NCBI GenBank assembly: GCA_045863395.1
Contig: BTVJ01000020.1
Span: 1 to 64,000, forward strand
Direction of reading: 5' to 3'
Source of the DNA: Myxococcales bacterium
GTDB lineage: Bacteria > Myxococcota_A > UBA9042 > JABWCM01 > BTVJ01
Length of the DNA: 64,000 bases
In this document: in pieces, positions 49,450-55,998 of the stretch
Layout: each line of letters begins with the position of its first letter
Position numbering within the stretch: position 1 is the stretch's first letter
Notes under the pieces: generated by a model
Database searches by the model: none
What the model was told of the DNA's origin: nothing
Seen by the model: the letters and a program-made list of their open reading frames with translations, nothing else
Made by a program: the position numbers and the translations under genes

Positions 49450-50494
49450 TTCACTGCGGAGGACCCGTTCGCCTCTCCAGAGGACTGAGGTTCGGGCAGG
49501 CGGAGCGTACCGCGTCACCGCGGAGACTCCCAGCTCTCATGAGGTTCGGTTGCCTCTCAGCGTCTTGTATCCGGTCGCCGTAGCGCGCTATTGGTTTGGC
49601 GCTCCCTCTACGCTCTTCGGTCGGCTTTCGCCGCCGCGAACCCTGAGGTATTTCGACGTCCGGGTCGCCCTTCGAGTTCACGAAGGGGTCATCCGCTCAC
49701 AGGCTTTCCGCCTCTTCAGAGCCTTGCGAAGCAGCGCACCGGGCTGACCTTGCGGTAGCTTCTCGGTGTTGCTTCCGATGCTGGGCGAGACCATGCATCG
49801 CTGCTCGTACCCGCCACCCGCTCCCCGGATGGCACCTCTCTTGAGGTTCTCTTCCCCTACAGCGCTATGAGCCAGGAGAGTCCTTTTCTCGCATTCCGTT
49901 GCAGCAATGCCGCTTGGTCCGCGATGACGGAGTTGCCTCCTCCGCCACCTTTCCGCCTTCAGGGTTTCTCACCCTCTTGGCGGCTTTCTCCTCTCTTGGC
50001 CTCGCCGGTCTGTTTCACCCGACAAGCGCTCTTGGGGTTCACGCCCTTCAGAGCTTTTCCCTCCGCGGCAGCCGTATCACCTCGTCGGTGACCTATGCCC
50101 TCATGACGTTCATCGTCGCTCCGTTGCCGGTGCGGCCGCTCGCCTTCAGGGCCTTGCTCTACCTTGGAGTCCGTTGACGGCGCGCCGTGTCTCCACCGCG
50201 TTGCCGTCCCGATGCTCTCTTGGGCTTCACTCCCTCCAGGGACCTCACTCTCTCCGGCGCGGCATCGATTTCGCGACGCCTCCTCTCCCGAGCTTTTCCA
50301 CACTGGCCTTCCGCTGTGGTTTCCCACCCCGGCTCGCCAATGCGACGGCTCCTCAGAGTCTCTGCTTCCGGAGAGCACGGCTTGCCTCTCTCGAGAGCTG
50401 CCGTCCCTCTTGGGATTCTCGGCCTCCAGCTTCGCAAGCGACTGCTGGGTTGGCCCGGGTCACATCCGCTGGCTCGTCACCAGCGCCTCACGGG
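49425..50494 (-). ncRNA. Candidate large (~1.06 kb) modular structured non-coding RNA
   Basis: No credible ORF; sigma54 motif upstream; 17-bp 5'/3' closing helix with two G-U pairs; U7 tract; nine covarying helix/3x3-loop motifs. Confidence 0.8.
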
Positions 50495-50504
50495 AACCAG
50501 TAGT

Positions 50505-50520
50505 TGCAACCCCCAGGCCA
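50505..50520 (-). promoter_or_regulatory. Putative sigma54 -24/-12 promoter of the ncRNA
   Basis: TGGCCTGGGGGTTGCA (GG-N10-GC); predicted +1 near 50494, 3 nt before the 5' helix arm; AT-rich tract upstream. Confidence 0.72.
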
Positions 50521-50826
50521 ACTCGTGCCACAACGAGAATAAATCCACAACCACATGAAAACTCTCGGACAATTCATCAGGACCGGCCCACGGGGGGCCG
50601 CCAGAGACCCTGGCCACGCGACGGTCAGCAATGTGGAACCGACGGAGCCCACTGACGCCTGACCAGCAATAGCGCCGATGCTGTCGCATGCGAAGGAGGG
50701 TGAACATGTCCAGGTTCTGAACACTGCCCCGCCCACTCGCTCCACCTTTCGAAGTGACGCCCGTGGTGTTACACTTCGCCGCCAACGTAGTGGGTGCCGA
50801 TGTTGGCCAGGAGAGCGGAGTTGCTC

Positions 50827-52317
50827 ATGCGCGGGCTGGGTTGGGTGGCAATCGTCGCGGCAGTGTCCTCGGGCTGCTCGGCGACGCTGGAGTTCGAGGA
50901 GTGCTCGCAGGATGCGGACTGCGCGGCCCGCGGGCCCGGCATGGTCTGCTCCACCGAGGGCTTCTGCGTCGACCGCAGCAGCCTGGTCGCAGAGGTCCCA
51001 CTGACCACCGAGGAGTGCAGCGCGGCCTTCGGGCCCGTCAACGAGCCGGGAACCGTCCTGGTCGGCACGCTGCTCCCCACTACGGGCGACAACGCCTCCA
51101 TCGGCGTACCCATGGAGCACGCGGTTCTCCTCGCAATCAAGGAGTTCAATGAGCACGGCGGGCTGACCGGAGGCCGCAAGCTGGCCGTGCTGCTCTGCGA
51201 CACGGGCGGCAGCACGGACAGAGGCGTGAGGGCAGCCAAGCACCTGGTCGCGCTTGGCGTCCCCGGCGCCGTCGGCCCGGCCTTCAGCAGCGTCGCCATC
51301 GAGGTCGCCTCCCGCTTCGCCGCCCCTGGACCCGAGAGCCCGAGCGGCCTCGTGCTGATCAGCCCCTCGGCCACGAGCCCGGCCATCTCGGCACTGAGCG
51401 ACGAGGACCGCGTGTGGCGCACCGTCCCGAGCGACGCGCTCCAGGGCAAGGCGATGGCCCACGTCATCCTCAACAGCGAGAGCTATGGGCTGCCCCCGTT
51501 CGAGCGGGTGACGGTCCTTTATAAAGATGATGCGTACGGCACGGGCCTCCTGACCGCCTTGGTGGAGAGCCTGCCCGGCACTGGGGGGCCGGCGCTGTCC
51601 TCCGTCAAGTACGCGGACCCGACGAAGGAGGTCGTCTACGCCAAGGACCTGCTTCCGAAGCTCGACGAGACGGAGCCGGAGCTGGTCGTGATGATCGGCA
51701 CTGCCGAGACCGCGAAGCTGCTACCCTTCTTCGAGTACGCCTGGCGAAGCCGCCCGACTCCAGTGCGCTGGTTCCTCGCAGACGGCAGCAAGACGGACGC
51801 GCTGTTCACCGAGATCGCGGCGCTGCCTTCCGGGATGGATAAGGCCGGCATCCGGGCCCGCATCCGGGGGACGGCACCGCGGGCGGGGAGCGGCAAGCAC
51901 TTCAACGCCTTCAAAGCGCGGCTGGGGGGGGAGTTCGGGTACCCGGAGCCCCCCGTGTACGCCGCGCAGGCCTATGACGCCACCTACATGCTCGCGCTGG
52001 CGTTGGGCGCGAGCACCCGGTCCTACCCGGACTCGGGCGAGATCGTTGCGGGCCTCCGCAGGCTCACGGGAGGAGCGGAGGTCATCCCGGCGACCCCGTC
52101 GAGCATCACCAAGGGGATCCAGCTCCTCCGGTCAGCTCCCGACGCCAGGATCGACTTCGACGGGGCATCGGGCTCCCTCGACTTCGGCGCCGACGGGGAG
52201 GCGCCGGGCCCCATCGATCTGTGGGCGCCCCACGACGGCGCCTTCGTGGCCTGCGGCCTGCTGGACGAGGGCGCGGCTCCGGTCGATCCGTCGGCGGCCG
52301 GCTGCGACGCGCTGTAG
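50827..52317 (+). CDS. ABC-type (branched-chain amino acid family) substrate-binding lipoprotein with N-terminal Cys-rich module
   Basis: Lipobox SSGC; GGLTGGRKL, GPAFSS, ISPSATSP, RTVPSDALQG, DAYG, AYDA, GASGSLDF. Confidence 0.88.
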   Translation: MRGLGWVAIVAAVSSGCSATLEFEECSQDADCAARGPGMVCSTEGFCVDRSSLVAEVPLTTEECSAAFGPVNEPGTVLVGTLLPTTGDNASIGVPMEHAVLLAIKEFNEHGGLTGGRKLAVLLCDTGGSTDRGVRAAKHLVALGVPGAVGPAFSSVAIEVASRFAAPGPESPSGLVLISPSATSPAISALSDEDRVWRTVPSDALQGKAMAHVILNSESYGLPPFERVTVLYKDDAYGTGLLTALVESLPGTGGPALSSVKYADPTKEVVYAKDLLPKLDETEPELVVMIGTAETAKLLPFFEYAWRSRPTPVRWFLADGSKTDALFTEIAALPSGMDKAGIRARIRGTAPRAGSGKHFNAFKARLGGEFGYPEPPVYAAQAYDATYMLALALGASTRSYPDSGEIVAGLRRLTGGAEVIPATPSSITKGIQLLRSAPDARIDFDGASGSLDFGADGEAPGPIDLWAPHDGAFVACGLLDEGAAPVDPSAAGCDAL

Positions 52318-52324
52318 GGGCTCG

Positions 52325-55015
52325 ATGGCGCTCTTCGAGACCGAGGAGCCGGCGGCCCTCCCCTTCACCCTGGACCTCAGCGCCGCCGGACTGCGCGTTC
52401 GCCTCGCAGGCCTGCGCTCGGGCCCACTGAAGGTGATCGAGCTCGCCATGGAGGCTCCGCCTGGCCTCCAGCCGCTTCCGCCGGAGCGGCCCACTGACGT
52501 GGCCCGCGCGCTGCGCAACCGGCTGCTCTCCCTGGCGGTGGAGGTCGACGAGGAGGACCTTGCGGGCACGCTTCGTCCGCACGGTGTGTCCGCTCGCCTC
52601 CGGGCAGACGGCGCGCGGCTGACCTGGACGACAGGGGGGGTACGCGTCACCGCACGCGCCCACGTGCTCCCCGACACGGCGTCGCTCCCGACGGGCCCGG
52701 GACTGGCGCTCTCCATCGACGACGTGCGGGTGTATGGCTTCGTACCTGCTCCGTGGCCCCGCGCCGTGGGCGCAATGACGGACCGACTGCCGGAGTGGCT
52801 GGCGCCTCGCTCCAGCCGCACGGGCACCACCCTCGTCGCCGTCGACGTGGTCCGCGCAGCCCTCCGTGACATCCTGCCCGGCGCAGGCTGGAAGCTTCCA
52901 GACTCGTCGAGCGCAACCATACAGGCGCTGGCTCACGCCGAGGGGAGGGTGTCGGTGAGGCTCGGGACCGAGTCCCCTGAGCGACCCGCGCCCGCGCTCC
53001 CGGACGAGGATCGCGCCCATCAGGAGGCCGCCGCGCGCCTTCGTCTGAAGCGCGCCCACGGCGACCTCGAGGCGACCATGGCGACGGGCGACACCACCCG
53101 CTCTCTGGCGTTGCTGAGGCGCTGGCTAGAGACCGGCACCGGCGATGCCCACGTCCAGGGGCGATTTCTCGAGGTCGCCTTGGCGGAGCCCCTGCTGCAC
53201 GGGCAGTGCGCGGCCACCGCCCGGGCGCGCATCGCGCTGGACCCGGACGACACCCTGGCCCACTGCGCGTTGCTCGCCATCGGGGAGCACGCCGGGGACC
53301 TGGAGATGGCGATGACGTCCGCAAGCCGACTCGCAGACATCGCGGACGGGGCGGGCGAGCCCTTCGACCTGATCGCGGCGGCCACCACACTTGCACGCCT
53401 GGGCGGAACGGGGGGGACCGCGGCCGTCGAGGGGGCACTGCGGCGGGCAGCGAGCCGGTGCCCGGACGAGCCCTCCCTCCTCCGCGACCTGGCGAGTGCA
53501 GCCCGCTCAGCAGGATTGGGGGACGTCGTGCGAGGACTTCGCCAGCGACTGCTGCTCACGGACCTGCGCGACGACGATGCCGCGGCAGTCGCAACCGAGC
53601 TCGCCCGCGACGCCCTGTCCGAGGGGGACCTCGCGAGCGCCCGTGTGTACGTGGACTTCGCGTTGCGGCGAGCGCCCGACGCCGTCACGGTCCTCGAGCT
53701 GGCGGCGGACGCAGCGAGGCTCCGGGGGGATGCGGCTGTGCGGCGGGACGCGTTGATGCGCCTCGCGTCTCCAGAGGTAGCCGCCAACGAGCCGGGTGTC
53801 GCGCTGCGGGCAATGAGAGCCTTGGCGCAGGAGCTGCCTCCGACCGAGGGGGTCGCGCTTGCCCGCAGGGCCCGTGCGCTCGCTCCCACGGACACGGAGA
53901 GCCAGGTCGCGCTGGCGGAGGCATACGAGCGCGCGGGAGACGTGCCCGCGGCCTTCGCCGAGTGGAGGGCCCTGGCCGCATCGGGCGACGCAGGGCTGGA
54001 GGGCCGCGCGGCGGCCCACCTCGCCGCGCTTGCGACGGCGGCGCCCTCCCTGCGACACGCGGCGCGGCTGCACGTAGCGCAAGTCGTCGCCCAGCGCCCA
54101 TCCCAGGCGGAGGCGCTCGATGCCCTCGCGCTCCTCGCGGACGACACGGCGAGCTGGGACGAGGTGCTCGGCGCATACGAGCGGGCCGCGCGGGCAGCAG
54201 AGCGTGGGCCGCTCGCAGCCCACTTCGAGCTCTTGATCGGGCTGGTACAGGAGGACCGGCTGGGCCTCACGCACGACGCGATGGATGCCTTCGAGCGTGC
54301 TCTCGACGCCGACCCGGAGGGCACCGGGGCCGCCACCGCCAGAGAGCGCCTCGCCCGTCTCTACGAACAGCTCGGCCGCTGGGATCGCCTGAGCGACCTC
54401 CTGCGCCGCACGGCCCGAGAGTCGGAGTCCGTACCGGACCAGGTCGGCGCGAAGCTGCGCCTGGCCGCGCTCTGCATGGGTCCGCTGGGACGACGCTCCG
54501 AGGCAGTGGCGATCCTGCGCGAGCTCCTGGAGGAGCGTCCGCGCGATCTCCCGGTGCTGCGGGCTGCGGCCGGACTCCTTCGAGACCCGTGCAGCGCCGC
54601 CGATGTGGACCTGAGGACCCGCGTGCTGCTGCGGCTCGCTGCACTGGCGCCGGCCCCCGAAGGGCATGAGGCCGCGGCGGAGGCCGCCAGCGTCCTGGCT
54701 GGCGTCGGCCGCCAGATCGAGGCACGGGCCGTCCTGGTCCAGGCAGGTCTGGACCACCTGCGGGTCCAGGAGTCGGTCCGGCACATCGGCACCTCGCGGC
54801 CCGAGGCCACCGATGCCCCCCATGACACCCGCGCAGCGTCCGACGCAGCAGCCGCTGGCGATCTCGAGCGCGCACTGAGCCTGCTCGCGCCCCACGTTCT
54901 GTGTGAACGCCCGGATTCCGAAGCGGCCGCCCTCCTGTGCGAGCTCCTGGAAGCCACTGGCAGGGTCGATGACCTGGCCGCCGTGGAGGCTCACCTCCGC
55001 GCAGCCGGAGCTTGA
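52325..55015 (+). CDS. Large TPR-like helical repeat protein
   Basis: Ala/Leu-rich TPR-like units (AFERALDADP, RLARLYEQLGRW). Confidence 0.7.
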   Translation: MALFETEEPAALPFTLDLSAAGLRVRLAGLRSGPLKVIELAMEAPPGLQPLPPERPTDVARALRNRLLSLAVEVDEEDLAGTLRPHGVSARLRADGARLTWTTGGVRVTARAHVLPDTASLPTGPGLALSIDDVRVYGFVPAPWPRAVGAMTDRLPEWLAPRSSRTGTTLVAVDVVRAALRDILPGAGWKLPDSSSATIQALAHAEGRVSVRLGTESPERPAPALPDEDRAHQEAAARLRLKRAHGDLEATMATGDTTRSLALLRRWLETGTGDAHVQGRFLEVALAEPLLHGQCAATARARIALDPDDTLAHCALLAIGEHAGDLEMAMTSASRLADIADGAGEPFDLIAAATTLARLGGTGGTAAVEGALRRAASRCPDEPSLLRDLASAARSAGLGDVVRGLRQRLLLTDLRDDDAAAVATELARDALSEGDLASARVYVDFALRRAPDAVTVLELAADAARLRGDAAVRRDALMRLASPEVAANEPGVALRAMRALAQELPPTEGVALARRARALAPTDTESQVALAEAYERAGDVPAAFAEWRALAASGDAGLEGRAAAHLAALATAAPSLRHAARLHVAQVVAQRPSQAEALDALALLADDTASWDEVLGAYERAARAAERGPLAAHFELLIGLVQEDRLGLTHDAMDAFERALDADPEGTGAATARERLARLYEQLGRWDRLSDLLRRTARESESVPDQVGAKLRLAALCMGPLGRRSEAVAILRELLEERPRDLPVLRAAAGLLRDPCSAADVDLRTRVLLRLAALAPAPEGHEAAAEAASVLAGVGRQIEARAVLVQAGLDHLRVQESVRHIGTSRPEATDAPHDTRAASDAAAAGDLERALSLLAPHVLCERPDSEAAALLCELLEATGRVDDLAAVEAHLRAAGA

Positions 55016-55158
55016 CCGGCGAGGTCCCAGCATCGCCCGACACCCCCGGCCCAGGCAGCACACACGAGGCACCGGGCCGGGTCAGAGTCCGCCGCGAAGG
55101 CCATGGTTGCGCCCCCGGCGGCACTTCGCTATAAGCGCCGCAGCAATGGAGGACGCGC

Positions 55159-55998
55159 ATGGCACTCGACGACACGTGGTACACAGAGCAATGGGCTGGC
55201 GAGGGCTCGGCGATCTCGCTGCAGATCGAGCGCAAGCTCCATGACGAGCAGTCCTCGTTCCAGCGAATCGAGATCTACGAGACAAAGACCTTCGGGCGCC
55301 TGATGACCCTGGACGGGCTCGTCATGGTCACCGACCGCGACAACTTCGTCTATCACGAGATGCTGAGCCACCCGGCGCTCCACTGCCACCCGGACCCGCG
55401 AGACGTCCTGATCATCGGCGGCGGGGACTGCGGCACCCTGCGCGAGGTGCTCAAGCACGAGTCCGTTCGGCTCGCGGTCCAGGCCGAGATCGACGAGCGC
55501 GTCACGCGCGTCTCGGAGCTGTACTTCCCCCAGCTCTGCGAGTCCAACGGGGACCCCCGCGCGGAGCTCCGCTTCGTCGACGGGATCCGATGGGTCGCGG
55601 CCGCGGCGCCGGGCACCTACGACGTGATCATCGTGGACAGCACCGACCCCGTGGGCCCCGCGGAGGGCCTCTTCACGGAGGCCTTCTACGCGGACTGCCA
55701 TCGGGCCCTCCGCCCTGGCGGCGTCGTGGTGGGCCAGAGCGAGTCGCCCCTCTTCCACCTCCCCATCTTGCGATCCCTCCACGAGACCATGCGGGGCGCG
55801 GGCTTTGCCGATGTGCGGACCCTCACGTTCCCCCAGTGCACCTACCCGTCCGGGTGGTGGTCCGTCACGCTTGCCGGGCGGGACGCGCCTCTGGAGCGGC
55901 GCCGCCCCGTGTCCGTCGACACGCGCTACTACACGCCCGCCATCCACGACGCGGCCGGCGTCCTCCCCGCCTTCGTGCAGCGGGCTCTGGTGCCCTGA
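55159..55998 (+). CDS. speE: Spermidine synthase (polyamine aminopropyltransferase)
   Basis: YHEMLSH, VLIIGGGDCG, EID, DVIIVDSTDPVGP, TYPSGWW. Confidence 0.96.
   Translation: MALDDTWYTEQWAGEGSAISLQIERKLHDEQSSFQRIEIYETKTFGRLMTLDGLVMVTDRDNFVYHEMLSHPALHCHPDPRDVLIIGGGDCGTLREVLKHESVRLAVQAEIDERVTRVSELYFPQLCESNGDPRAELRFVDGIRWVAAAAPGTYDVIIVDSTDPVGPAEGLFTEAFYADCHRALRPGGVVVGQSESPLFHLPILRSLHETMRGAGFADVRTLTFPQCTYPSGWWSVTLAGRDAPLERRRPVSVDTRYYTPAIHDAAGVLPAFVQRALVP

Noticed and set aside
49472..50415. CRISPR array or rRNA fragment
   Set aside because: Repeats are short, non-identical, irregularly spaced and mutually paired; no cas genes; no universal rRNA sequences recognised
49433..50491. Reading the 17-bp end match as terminal inverted repeats of a MITE or IS
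   Set aside because: No transposase, no target-site duplication seen, mismatches are G-U compatible on one strand, and the promoter and U-tract lie outside the arms; a non-autonomous element is not fully excluded without a copy-number check
49321..50785. Short ORFs on both strands across the ncRNA interval (e.g. 49959-50378 minus, 50164-50655 plus)
   Set aside because: No motifs, RBS or genome-like codon bias; their composition is explained by the repeated RNA motif
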